Source of the DNA: Raillietiella orientalis
Lineage: Eukaryota
DNA: 64,000 nucleotides
Direction of reading: 5' to 3'
Assembly: GCA_036172245.1 (NCBI GenBank)
Contig: JAYWIR010000052.1
Location: 372,001-436,000 of the forward strand
Made by a program: the position numbers and the translations under genes. The notes under the pieces are model-generated. The model was not told the DNA's origin. It did not search any database and worked only from the letters and a program-made list of their open reading frames with translations. This document shows positions 12,901-25,400 of this stretch, in pieces. The stretch's first letter is position 1; each line of letters begins with the position of its first letter.

Positions 12901-15900
12901 CCTACATGGGTGCACTTCTCCCCCCCCTTCCCCCGGAGGGCGAGCCGGCAACTCCGGGGTGCGGGAGCAGAGGGATCGTTTCACCTACGGTCCATTCCAG
13001 GTTAAGAGGAGCGCTCCCGTCCGCCCCGGGTCGCCATCGTGACTCGAGATTCTCGCGAGCTCCCCTTCTGGTCCAGCAGGGGACGGCGAGCCAGTTGGGG
13101 AAAGGCTGCTGCCACACAGGAAGAGCTGCGGAGGGAGCGCGTCCAGCGCAGGTTCCAGGCCAGCGACCGCCCCCTCCTCCTTCCTTGATCTTCGGGAACG
13201 GGGCACGGGGCCTGTTCCCAACGGGGACAGGGCTGCGCCCACCTTCACTCGCAGGTTGCTGGAGGCATGTATGGCCCCGTAGGGGTCACCCGCAGCCAGC
13301 ACTCCCAGAGTGCCTTGGGGAACGAGAAGAACAGGTGAATGTGAGCGGCATGGCTCTTGGGGTCTCGCGCACTAGCTACCCCCCATGATCCAACATTCCT
13401 CTCTGAAATACAAAGAGGTACCGAGCTCGCGAGATGGCCACGAAGAGACGGTGAGACGCTCTCTTCGTTGGTGCTTGGCTGTCTGCGGCAGATGCCCACC
13501 GCGCACCTCGAGCGTCGGGCGAAGACCTCGGGTGGACCCCGAACGGCCACCACACCCCTCTCCCCCTCGAGAAGCGGGAGTCGGCGCTTCTGCCGTTCCC
13601 CGTTGCAGCAGGAGGGCCCGCCGACGTCACGGGACCCGGGCAGGGCGGACCCAAACCGCAGCAGGTTCGAGGAACGCGGGTTCCTCCCGCACGACCCTCC
13701 GCCAACCCACGTGAGCACGGTAACCCTTCCTCGCGCGCGCGACGACGCATTGCCGCCGGCCGCATCCCCAGCAGCTCTTTGCCGCCTATGCGGGATCGTG
13801 GCGGCCTGGAGCGATGCCAGAGGAGGAGGCCGCGCCAGGGACGCCATCCACTTCTCCCTGCGCTTCTCGGAGGCAACGGGACGCCCCCACCCCCACCCGA
13901 GGAACACGCAAGAAAGAACTCGCCTACATCCTCGGGAGGATGCAGGGGACGTCCCTCCCCCGGGAAGGCCGTGGCCCCTTCCCTTTGTATTTTTATTTTT
14001 GTGTGTCTTTTGTTTGATTCCCCTCCCCTCTGCTGTCGAGACCGCCCTCGCCCGTCTGCGCACCGGCCCTGGAGGTAGCAGGGCCATCGGCCCTACCATC
14101 TTTTCATTGTTGATTTGATTTGATTTTCATTTTTAATAAATGGGCACCCCAGCGAACCCGGGTGGAGGTCCATCGTGGCTGCTGCCGATCCTCAGACGAA
14201 GCAAACGAGGAGGGGAAGATGCTCTCACCACCTGCGCGACTCGACCGCGGCGCGGTCCCCGAGCACTTTTAGCGCGCAACCCTGGTTGCCTCCCGTCCGG
14301 GACAACCGAGTCGTCAGGGTCCGACAGGGCGACGGGGAGGCTTCCCGGAAACCGCCTTGCGCGCTCCGACCGTTGATGCCCGGGGTCCGCCGCACGTGAC
14401 CTTCGCTGTTCTGACGACCACGTGTGTGCATCGCCCTCTGCTGCTGCAACCCCTGCCTGCCGCTCAAACCAGCAGGAAGGCAGAATCTCGCGAGGCGTGA
14501 GGGATCGGTGGGCCTCTCCCTGAAGCTTCTTCCCACCTGCTACGAATGGAGAGGACGCGCGCCTTCGCCGAGGTCGCCTCTTACAGCACCAGGTGTGCTC
14601 TTGCGCTCGTCGGCACAGCAGCGTCGAGGATGCTGCGGATCGATGCCTAAGAGTGCTTTCTCCAAGATCCGAGGTCCAGGAACGTATGAACGCAAATCAA
14701 AAAAAAAAAAAAAAAAATCACGGTTGCATGGAAACGCATCTGCGAGGAGGAAAGATCCCCCCTCCACAGGGAAAACGTGACGGTTTGCCAAGTGTGGAGG
14801 AGGAGGGCAGTAAGCGTATTCCATCCGACGGGTGCGTACGTAGGAAAACACCAACGATGCTCCAATGTACCGATCGACGGGTGTTTTTGATGAGAGAAAG
14901 TACGCTCTTATTTATTAATACCCTAAGCGTGTAAACGGAAAGTGAATGTTTATTGGTAGCCGGACGAGGAAGAGAGCATAACGCCAGCCACGGTTACCCG
15001 AAGCGTACAAACAGCATAAATATTCATCAACACCAGTATACAAGCCAACCAAACTTTATACAAAATAGGATTTTTGTGGAACTGCAAGAGGGAAACACGA
15101 TCTGGAGCTGCATGGGGCGACTTGGTATCAATTCCTATAAGTTAGCCCGAGATAATTAGCTGCCCTAAGGACGTATCTCTCCGAATTCCAGCAAGTTTTC
15201 TTTCCTTTTCTTTTCTTTTTTTTTTTTGGGGGGGGGGGGGGACCACGGCTCACCGGGCAGCTTAAAGTTACAACGTGCGACCCATATTTTGCTTGCATTC
15301 GGTTGGCTTTCGTTGCACACACGGTGTTCCGTGTACACACTTCCGTAGAACAAACAACAACAACAACAACGACAGAACGTTGGATCGTGGGTGCATTTTT
15401 TTTTTTTTCCTTTTTTTTGAAAAAAAAATTTCTCCTGGCCCGGTTGCGTTTGTGAGTCCGCCATCAGCGTGCAATCAAAGAATGGTAATCCGAAACCGAG
15501 GACACAGGAAAATGCCTTCAGTAACTGAAAACGAAATGATTTCCTGAGAGTGGCGCAGCAGCAACTGCGCAAGCGTCGCCTCCACGAGCGAGCGGGCGCT
15601 TGCACGCCCTGGCACGTATAGGGAGTTGGTGGCGGTGGTGGTGGTGCATTCCGCACGCACCCGTCCGCGAACCGCCACCCTCCCGGGAACGTGGTTTTCG
15701 GCATGTGAAAAATGCGACGCGGGGCCGGCCGGGATTCGGCCGCGTCGGGGGGGTCTCCCGGGGTCGCGCGCCGACGACCACCCGGCCCCACCGGGGGTGG
15801 GTTGGGGGGGACGAGGCTCAGCGACGAGGCCTTCCGTCTTCGGGACGCAACGGCTCCGCGAGCGAGGCTTCCTGGTTGAACGAGCGGCCAGGAACAGAAG

Positions 15901-18900
15901 TGAAAGTTCGGGTGGTAGCTGTGCCGTTCGTGAGAGTCGCCGGGGGAACAAGAACGAGGGTTTCGCAACGCGTGGGTCCCTGGTGCAACACGGAAACTCG
16001 TCGACGGTTCCCCCTCTCCTGGCGGCCGCGGCACGGGATCCGGCCACCCCCGCTGCACCCGGAAACTGGGGGAATTCCATCCTTTGGAAGGTAGCTCTCG
16101 CAGCAACAGGCAGCGTCATCGCCCTGTGCCATCTTGCTCGTCTGGGTATGGGAAAGAAACGCCCAAGCCTTCGGATCGCTCCTGTCGGTTGGTGCACGTC
16201 TGAAGATGACCGCCGTTCTTGAAGCGACTTTTCCAGAGGATACGAAATCCAGCGAAAAGGATGGGGGGGGGGGGGGAGGAAGAACAGAAAATGAGCGCCG
16301 AATGTCAGGGGCGACTTTGGAATGACGGGTCGCCCGTCGAAAACTTGCCCTTGGGGCTTTGCTGCAACGTGGCGCAGTTTCGATGGCTGCGCCGCGTTAG
16401 CGTCGAGGTGTGTGCAAGATCCCCCCCCCCCTTCCCTCCCTCCCTTCCCTCGCGCGCGAAGCCCCGCGCGCAAGTTCTACGGAGCCCACGAGAAAGTGCT
16501 CGTTGGTCGTTCCGAGTGACCTGTCCCAGGAAAAAGGGCTCGGAAACTTGCCCGGGGCTCGAGAATGATCCGTGGCGCCAAGGCCGAGTTTCGAAACCTC
16601 GCGATTTCGCTTGGAGACGAAGCTGCCGCTGCGGATGGCTCGAAGCGTTTCGCGGGCGCGCGCACGCTCGCGGAGGCTCCCAACAGGAACGAACCCGCAT
16701 GAGGCTGTCGGGAAGTTGCTGGTGGGGTGGTGGTGGGTGGAGTCGGGGAACGGATGGTGAGGCGTACGAGCGACGCCAGATGCCGGCCGCTTCCAGGCGG
16801 TGATGATCACTGGCTCACGGGGTGACCGGGGGAGCGACCTGTGAAACGAGACTTGGGAATTGACCTGGAGTGCCAGCTGCTGCTGTTCGTCCCGGGGAGG
16901 TTTCCAGGGACGACAACACCTGCGCCGTTTCGCCGAGAGATTCTCCGGCGGCTGCTTGCGCGCGAAACCCGGGGCGTGGAGGCGGCGCCCGTGCAATCAA
17001 GATGGCGCCCTTCTGGCCGGGGACGAGCGGCGTCCGTCTACAGGGTCGGGTGGGAAGCGACGCTTCCCACGCGCTGCCTGGGTCCTCTCGCGGCGCTCGC
17101 TCAAAGCGCGCAGCCTGGCAAACAAAGACGTGCCTCGTTGCGTTCCCCGCAACGGTGAAAGCGCGGGTCTCGCTCGAGGAAGCGTCGAAGACTTTTCCTC
17201 TCCCCGCACCCCCTTCCCGCCCTCCGTCGAAGAGGGATTCTCCTGCGGCTCCCGACTTCCGTCCGGTTCCTCCTGCTCTCTCTCTCTCTCTCTCTCTCTC
17301 CCCTACGTCGACTGGCGTTTCTCGGCGTGCGGACTGGGAAGCCGAAAAGGGTCGCTCTAGGGAATGCCGCTCTCCGGCGACCCCCACCTAGAGACCGGGA
17401 TAACACCTTGTCGCTCTTTTCCCCAGGCGCAACTTGCGCTCTGGAACAAGCAGCTGGTCTCTCTTTGTCCCAGCCTCGCCCGGTTTCGTCTCCATCCTCG
17501 TCCCCCTCGAGCGGGGGGTTGAGGGAGAAGGGACACGACCCTTTCTCGGCTCGCGCCGGGGTTTTCGAGCATTCATTGGGAAGATTCGAGGAAACCCACG
17601 AGGATCCCACGTTTTTCACGAAACGCGGAGCTTTTCCTTGCCGTGGTCTCTCGCAGCTCCGGGAGAAAGCCGGGAGCCCACGCTCGTTCTCCCTGCACGA
17701 CGACGCCCCCGGTAAGAGACGCCCCTCCCGGAGGACGCCTTTCTCACAGAGAGCCGACTCCTCGCCCCTTCGTCCGCGCCTGCGGGGAGACCGGAGGGGA
17801 AACCGAGCCCCCCCCCTCCCTCCCCTCTCCACCCTCAGCGAGCGGTCGGGTTCGAAGCGCGGCAATCCGGCGGTACGCTCGTCCTATCGGGACGCCCGCA
17901 GTGCGGCGCGTCAGGGACCTTCGATCGCGGGGAGGATCGGGATTCCCCCGTTTCCCCTCCCGGGAAACGCTGCGTCCGCCACTGGGAAGGAGGGCGCCGG
18001 ACCGGAAGTCGTTTGCAGCCGGGAGAAAACAGAGAATACGGGAGAAGGGGGAGGGGAGGACTCCTCGACCTGGGGATGCGTTCCTTGCTACCCCCGCGGA
18101 CGGGTAGGGCGGAACGAACCCACCCAACGCATTACCAGGATAGGGAGCATCGCGATGCTTTTACCGGCTGAACCTGGGATTCCTCCCTTTCAGAGGAGAC
18201 GACTGCGGTTCCACGAATCCCCTCCCCCACCAGGCATCCGATGGAATGAAGGGAGAAGCGTGAGAGGTTTCGCACATACCCCACTGGCTGCTCTCCACTC
18301 CGCCCAGTGTGTGTGTGTGGGAAGGTAGGGGGTCTGTCGTACCCCCCCCCCCACACACACACATTGGGGCGAAGGGGGAGGTGACCCACCCAAGAACTCA
18401 GCAAGAAACGGGAACATGCCACCTGGAGCGGGTAGCACCCAGGAATCGCCTCGGAGTCCCCCCCCCGTCTAGGCGGAGAAAGGGAGAAAAAGTTTGCGCT
18501 GTTGCCGACCGGGGGATTTCTCAGGAAGAAGCGCAAGGGAGAAAAACGAGAGGATGGCGAACCCTGGAATCGACCGCGTGGGCGTCTCTCAACGCCCACG
18601 CGGTCGCTCCTGCAGTTGCCAGGGGACGACTGTCATGATGGGGGCTCTCCCGTCCTTCCTTACCCTCTGCCGTATCCTCTGCCTTTCTGCCCGTGATTCC
18701 CGGCGCGTATCCCGGGTCTACCGTCATTCGTTATCCCTTTTCGATCGGCTGGTCTCCCCCCCCCCCCCATTTTTCTCCCGGTTCTCCGGAAAGGCTTCAG
18801 AGGTCTCGTGGAGCGGAAGGGAACGCGCGCTCCGCTCCCTCTTCCCTCCGTTTCCGAAAGCTCCGGAGTTTTGCAGCTTCGAGGGGAGCGCGGGGATCCC

Positions 18901-19344
18901 GGGCTCGTCTTCCGTCTCTGAGGCTTCCCGGCTCTAGCTCCCCTTCGCTCCCGGTTTTTCACGAAGCTCACCTCGTGACGTAAGGGAGACCTCGGTCGCG
19001 AGTTGGAGGAATCCTCCCGGGAGGATTTTGCCTCCCCCTCTCCAGGCTTTCCCAATCCCAAGGTCTCCGTCTGCTCCCGTGACGTCACAACCCGCCTCCC
19101 TGATTTCCCCGGAACAGCGCGCGCCGATTATCGGATCTGCACAAGCTTCCCCTCCCCCCTCCCTCCCTTCCCGCGGTCTCCAGGCAGTCGGCAACAGCCG
19201 CGCCGTGCGTTGCGAGGCAACGGAGATTCACTCGCACCGTTCCAGGAAAGTTCCCCCCCCCCTCCCTCCCCAACATTCTCGTTCGAAGGATTTTCTCTCG
19301 TCTTTAACTTGACGGGGAGGGGGGGGGGTTCTCCCCCCCTCCTC

Positions 19345-19417
19345 CCCGTTTAAGCTGATGCAAGTGGTACGGGTTGACCGTTCCTCAACCCGTCTCACTT
19401 GCATCACCTTAAACGGG
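19345..19417 (-). ncRNA. Candidate pre-miRNA hairpin; predicted 3p arm AACCCGUACCACUUGCAUCAGC (19375->19354) has the miR-100/miR-99/miR-51 family seed ACCCGUA
   Basis: 33-bp stem (19345-19377 with 19385-19417) with 3 non-Watson-Crick positions and a 7-nt loop. The 22-nt 5p and 3p arms form a duplex with 2-nt 3' overhangs above an ~11-bp basal stem. Confidence 0.65.
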
Positions 19418-22400
19418 CACAGAGGGAGTTGGGCAGCATTTACGGATCCTGGAGGTGGCAGCCACTCTCTCGGGAAGTGGTCCGAGGAAGCCGAGCTGCG
19501 AAGGAAACCTGAGCAACAGGGGGATGGGTAGAAGAAGGCCTTCTCTTTGAACACCAGTCCCCGAAGCCGGAATCCGTCCCGTTCTGGGACGCGGGACGTC
19601 TCCAGGATACAAAACCGTCACCCTGGAGAAAGGTACCCGAACCGCTATCCCGTGTCATCGTTTGCCAATCCTCAGCGCAGGCGGGCTGTTCTGGCGGGAC
19701 ACAATTCGCCGCATTTCTTACGGCGCGGACCTCAGGTACCGTGCCATCGCCACCGGGAGCGCTCGCTAACTTCATCCTCTGTCCATCCCAAGCAAGGTAC
19801 GGGCTGGGGAATACAGGAACTAAGAACCGGCGCAAGCTGCCTTTTAGGTGCAGGAAGACATTCCGCAACGCAGAAACGACTGACGCCACCGAAAGCGTCG
19901 GGCAGTGTTTTCGGATGGCGGGTGAAACCCCACGGAAAGCGTGGGCTCGGGTGCTCGCTGGCGCTAAACCGTTACCGGCAGTATGGCTGCGTGGCAAACG
20001 GGTGATGTTTGCAAGCGGTCGTTAAACGCTGGAGGATTCCGTCAGGACCACGTTGTCAATTTTCGAATGATAAAGTTACCATTCGAGTGTTGCGACAGGA
20101 CCCAGAAGCTGCAAGCGGCTTCAGTCACTCTTTGATACGTGAGCCAACATCGAATGCAGAGGGAGAAAGGACAGTCATCCCCAATACAATTATGCTTATA
20201 TGTGGTATATCGGTTACGGTTTTGATGCATTGATTTGGACTCCACCTTCCGCTGCTAACGTGTTTTCAAACGTTATCGAGAAGATGTTGTTCAGTATTAC
20301 TCTTAGGTCATCCGAATATACAACACCACAGGTTACTGATAAACGCTGGCCGCACGGCTGGAGGCCAAACCCATCAGTTCGAACTTCACCTTCTCTTCTG
20401 AAAATGCTTCTCGGCGTTTTGGCTAAGATCAAAGTGTAGCTCCTGAAGATGCTCGTGAATGTCGCTGACAAGCACTCTCGACTGGCTGATTTTCTGCATT
20501 ACGTGCTCGTGATCCGGTATCCCTGCACAGCTGCACAGCAAAAAGGTAAGCTAATTGGTCAGAGAGCGCGATCTCCGTTCTGACCGGGAGTGCGCGCCAA
20601 AATGAAGAGCCGACCTTGCAAAATATTTGTTCTCAGCTGCGGTTTTGCATTTCCGGTTTCTCGATGCCGGGATTGAAAGTCCTCTCCACTTAATCGTTTG
20701 GAAATGGGCGACGTCGAACCGCGCGAAAGAGGGGAGGGAGGGAGGGAGGGAGTGAGGGAGGGGGGGGGGGGGAGACTGCTTGGAAACGTTTTCCTCCGTG
20801 GTCACAAACGGCATTCGAGGAGCTTTCAGTTCACAAAGTGCAATTACACAAACGACGATTACGCCGTCTCACGCGGGATCTTCGACCGCTGCTTCCCTCC
20901 GTCGCCAGAGGTAACAATGGGTTAGGCCTACGCCACTGTCGCCAGCCTAGGTTATTAATAAATGTTTATATTTAGGCGTAACCCGGGACAACAAACGAGC
21001 ACTCTTCGGGCCTGTGCAGCTTCGCGGAGGCGCAAAGATGGGAAATCCTCGCTGCAGTGCACGGATCCGCTGTTTTGTTCGAGTCGACCGGTGGAAGTTT
21101 CACCACGTGCGTGTGTCTGTTTCGTTCTGTTTCGCTTCTATCGAAAGGGTCATTTCGAGAATGGCGGAAAATTTAGGGGAGGAGGGGGTGGGGGCTCATT
21201 TTGTGCTTCTTCTGAGCCGTTCGTCAAGATTCAATTTACGGAGGTTTCGATCCGCACACCTTGGCAATAACAGGTTGTTTCTACGGAGTTTCATAGAGTC
21301 CCTCATAAGCCAATTGGCGGATTTTTGGCTGCCAGAAGAGAAAAAAAAAAAAAACCGCCTATCCTCGTTGGAATCGTCTCCGAATGATTTCCCTCCCTCC
21401 CCCCTTTTCCTCACCGTTCGGATGCGGGCGCTCGCCGTGCTCATTTCACGGCAGTTGAGGATTCCAAGTACCGTCGTGGAGTCACCACCCACCGTTCGTG
21501 GAAGCTGTTCGTAAGAGGTTCGCCGGGCAGTGGCCAGAGATGGGTGCACTTTCTGCTTTGAGGTGCGGAGAATTTCGGACAGCTTCCTGGGGATCTCCTC
21601 CCCACCCCCTCGATCCGCCACCGAGAAGTAGCAGGGTGTTCGGAAGGAGTTACGGTGTGCGAATAGGGATCAGAATATGCAGTGACCGATGGAAGAAAGG
21701 AGGTTCTCTGAATCGAGGAGCGTTCGGCGGATTTCGAAATGCGCGTGCGAGTCTGTCGGCCCTCGAGAATTTTGCTCAGTTTCCATCGTAAGGGGGCGAA
21801 TGGGACGCCCTCGGTCGGAGGTGTGCGCCCCCGTGCCCTCGGAAACGACGCTTTTCATTTCTTTCTTTATTTTTTTGGGGCGCGTTTTTTCTTCCGTACA
21901 CTCCGCAAAGAAATGATTCGAGGGCATTGCCGAAACGATGAACGACTGTATCGCAGAAATACGGAGGCTGCCGAGTAAGAAGCAGCCTAGAAGACTCGAC
22001 TGAGTGGAATTTCGACGTCATGGAAACGAGGCAGCAGCACTGTGGCACTGCTTGGTTTCCTCTCAGCGGAAGCAGAAACAAGGTTGAAGGCCGGCATGGG
22101 CGAGAGGCAGTGCGGTACGGATGCGCACACGAAAACCCCTGACAACGCGGGGGAAGGGCGGCGGGGGAGGGGAAGGGGGGGGGGACATGCATTTCTTCCG
22201 AAGCGGCGGGAAACGATCAGGGAGGGAAAGGAAGGAGGGGGAAGCTGAACGTGCCGCCGCCTGCACGGCTCGGGTGGGGGGGCACCCGGCGGCGTCGCTC
22301 CCTGCCTCCCTCCCCTCCCTTCCTCCCCCCCCCCCCGCCGCCGCCGCCGCCGCCTGTGCCTACCGCTCGCGGCGCACCCAGACCTCGGCAAGGGGCGACC

Positions 22401-25400
22401 GACTTCATCAGGCCGCCATCTATCCGCCTCCGAAGGAAGTGCGGGCGCCCTGCGTGCGAGAGAGTGTGCCGCACGGATCCGCATAGTACTTTCGTTGCGC
22501 TCCGTGGAATCCGATGAGTACATGGCGCCGCCGCCAGTCATGCCTGCGTCCTCATCAGCTGCGGATCTTTCGGCGCGGATCTCAGGTAAGCCGATTCGGT
22601 TGTTTTTTTTTTTTTTTTTTTTTCCCCTCTCTCTCTCTCTCTCTCTTCCTTTCCCCTCTTCTTCCCATTTTCGTGCGAGCGCGCCACGACGAGCGTCGAG
22701 CGAGGCGTCGTTGCTGATCGCTGGACGTCATGCAGCCCGTGGATCACGCCGGCGTACCTGCAGCCTCCCCCCTTTGATCTTCCGTGTCCCGAAAGAGAGT
22801 ATAGCCCTTTGCATGAATCGAATCCGAGGGAATTTCGCGAGTTGCAGGCTCTTTCCTCTCTGCGCTTGTTTTACTTTTTTTTTGCTTTCCGATCCGATTG
22901 AATGCGTGGTTTCTTCTTCTTCTTTTCTCGCCCCTCTTGCACTGCCAACACGGGGAAAAACAGTTCCTTCAAGAGTGACTCCACCGGAGAATCCGCGACG
23001 CGTCTCTGTTTTAGGATTTTTTTTTTTTTTTTTTGGCTTTCGGAACTGCGCACCACCGAGCTTGCAGAGTGCGGGTTGTGGTGTGCACGTGGTGCACTCC
23101 GGCAGCGGCGGGTGCACACCGCATTTCTCGCCTTCGGCGACAACTTGGAAGCTCCTGTTAGAAGGGAATGGGGAGCTCGGCCACGAGCGACTCACGAGTT
23201 CACGTGATCTTCCAAGTCAGCCACCACAACACCCCCGGGCGGAACGAAAGTTCCGTGCGCGGAGGGTCTTTTGGTTCCCTTTAGGAGGAGGAAGAAGACT
23301 TTCGCCTCATCCGAGGGTTCGCCATCTCGGGCGGTGCAAATGTGTTCCGTCTCAATCACGGCGACGTTTGCATCATCATTTCCTCCTCCTTCCCCTTCTG
23401 TGATTGCCGGAAGTAGGTTCATTCCCACACGGTCCATGGGCGCTTGTGCTCTTGAAAATAATTGCGAGCACACTTTGACGGTTGATTCCTTACACACACA
23501 CAAACACACATATGTATGGAGAAAAAATCTATTTTTACCTTGGAGATCGAACGTTTCGGACGGTCATTTTGAATCCACTTGCAAGCATCGCTCTTGAAGG
23601 AGCTCCTTCTTCCGCCATCCACCGGCGAGCGCCGAGATCCGGATGCTGCTGTCCGGCTCATCGGGGGAGGGGGGGGGGGGGAAGAGGAGTTTCTTGTGCG
23701 TCGCCAGGAGTGGTCTCCGGCGCTCTTCCTCGGTGCTGCTGCCGCTCTTCACCGCCTCCTGGCTCCTCCAGCAGTGACTCACTCACTCGCCGCAGACACG
23801 TGGCGAGCTCCAGGCACCTCCTCCAACTCTCCTTCTTTGTGGTTCTTTCAACCTCAGCACGAGTCCCTCTTTTTTTTTTTCTTTTTTGTCGTATTCCCCC
23901 CCCCCCCCTCCTCGTTTCACCTTGCGAGCCGAACCTTTACCCACGTCTTGCAGGCTCGGTCCTCCGCGTAACATCGTGATGCTATCTGCTCTCATTTCCA
24001 TTTTCCTCTTGTCATTATTTGTTCTTTTGTGCGCGCGCGCGCGCGCGTGTATCTTTTTGTTTGCTTTTGCCACACATTTGCGGCCCGAGATCGTTTCTCC
24101 AATGCTGTTCTTCCGTTTCCCTCCTCCTCTTCTCGTCCTCCTCCCCTCCCGGATTTCAAAAGTCGTTTACGGCCACGCGTGGACGTGTGTGACCGGGATG
24201 CTGGAATCGCTGCCGACACTTACGCAGGGAATTCCCGTGTCCCGGGAAACGAGATCCAGGTGGGATTCCTCACCGTTCCACTCGTGCGGGGGCGTTCCGT
24301 CCACGCCGCGCGGACGTGCCCGGAGTCCTTCCGCGGACGGTCCTTCGGATCCCTCCCCCTCCTTCCCGATCCGGCGGCGTTCCCGGGCGTGGTGGCCTTC
24401 CAGGTCTTCCAGGATGCTGCTGCTGCTGCTGCTACCTGTTTGCCCTGAGAGCATCCTCAGCTCGCAGCCAGGTTCGCGTCGAGAGCGATGACAGCAACTC
24501 CGTCGTTTTTGCTGTTTGCTATCAGGAAATCCGTCAGCTGCTGCTTCGGTTTTTGTTGCTCTCTCTCTCTCTCTCTTTTTTTTTTCCTTTTTTGCACGAT
24601 TATGGATGTCCTGACGGCTTTTTTCTGCGCCACCGATCGCGGTGAATGGCAATTTCGCGATCGTGGAAATCTTTTCTTTTTCCGAATTCCAGGCATCGTC
24701 TGCTTCTCTTGTTCGGGCACAAAAGCAGATTGTCTTGTCGGAACGGGGGAAAAAAAAAAAAAAAAAAAAAACGCGGAAAAGCGTCGTTCCGTGGGTTCCC
24801 GGAGCGCGTTCTCCCGCCGAGGTCTCGCCCGGGGCAAAGTCCCGCTCTGTGCTTCTGTGGGTCGCGGGCGGAGGAGCATCGATCCCCTCCCGGACAGCCT
24901 CTCCCTGCACAAGATAGATGGACCGGGTGGAGATCACGTGCGACCCGGGAGGGGACGTGGCTGTCGTGTACATTCTTCCGCTTCGTGGGAATGTGTGTGT
25001 GTGTGTGTGTGTACTGGGGGGAGGGGCCATCCATCCCATTTTGCAAAGTGAAGGCCGCTTGCGAGTTGCGAGCCGCAACGAACTGTAAATCGGATGCCAT
25101 GTGGTCAGGTAATTACGCTGGTGAGGTCGCGTTCCCGAACGCGCCGGAACGTCTTCGCTGCGGCCATTCGGAACTGCACACACGTGGAACGCGCCCTGGC
25201 GTGCTCCGGAAGTGACCGCGGCGGATTTGCCGTTCTGCCAGGAGCGAGGGAGGCCCCAGTCCGGCGCTGGGGAGTTCAGTGGACGGGGCTGCCTGCCTGC
25301 TCCGGAGATTGGCAGCTGCGCCGTCCGTGGCTTCACGCTCTCGTGGGTTTTCGCAACCTCTCAGCGTCGTTGCATCACGGCAATCGCGCCGGGTCTGACG

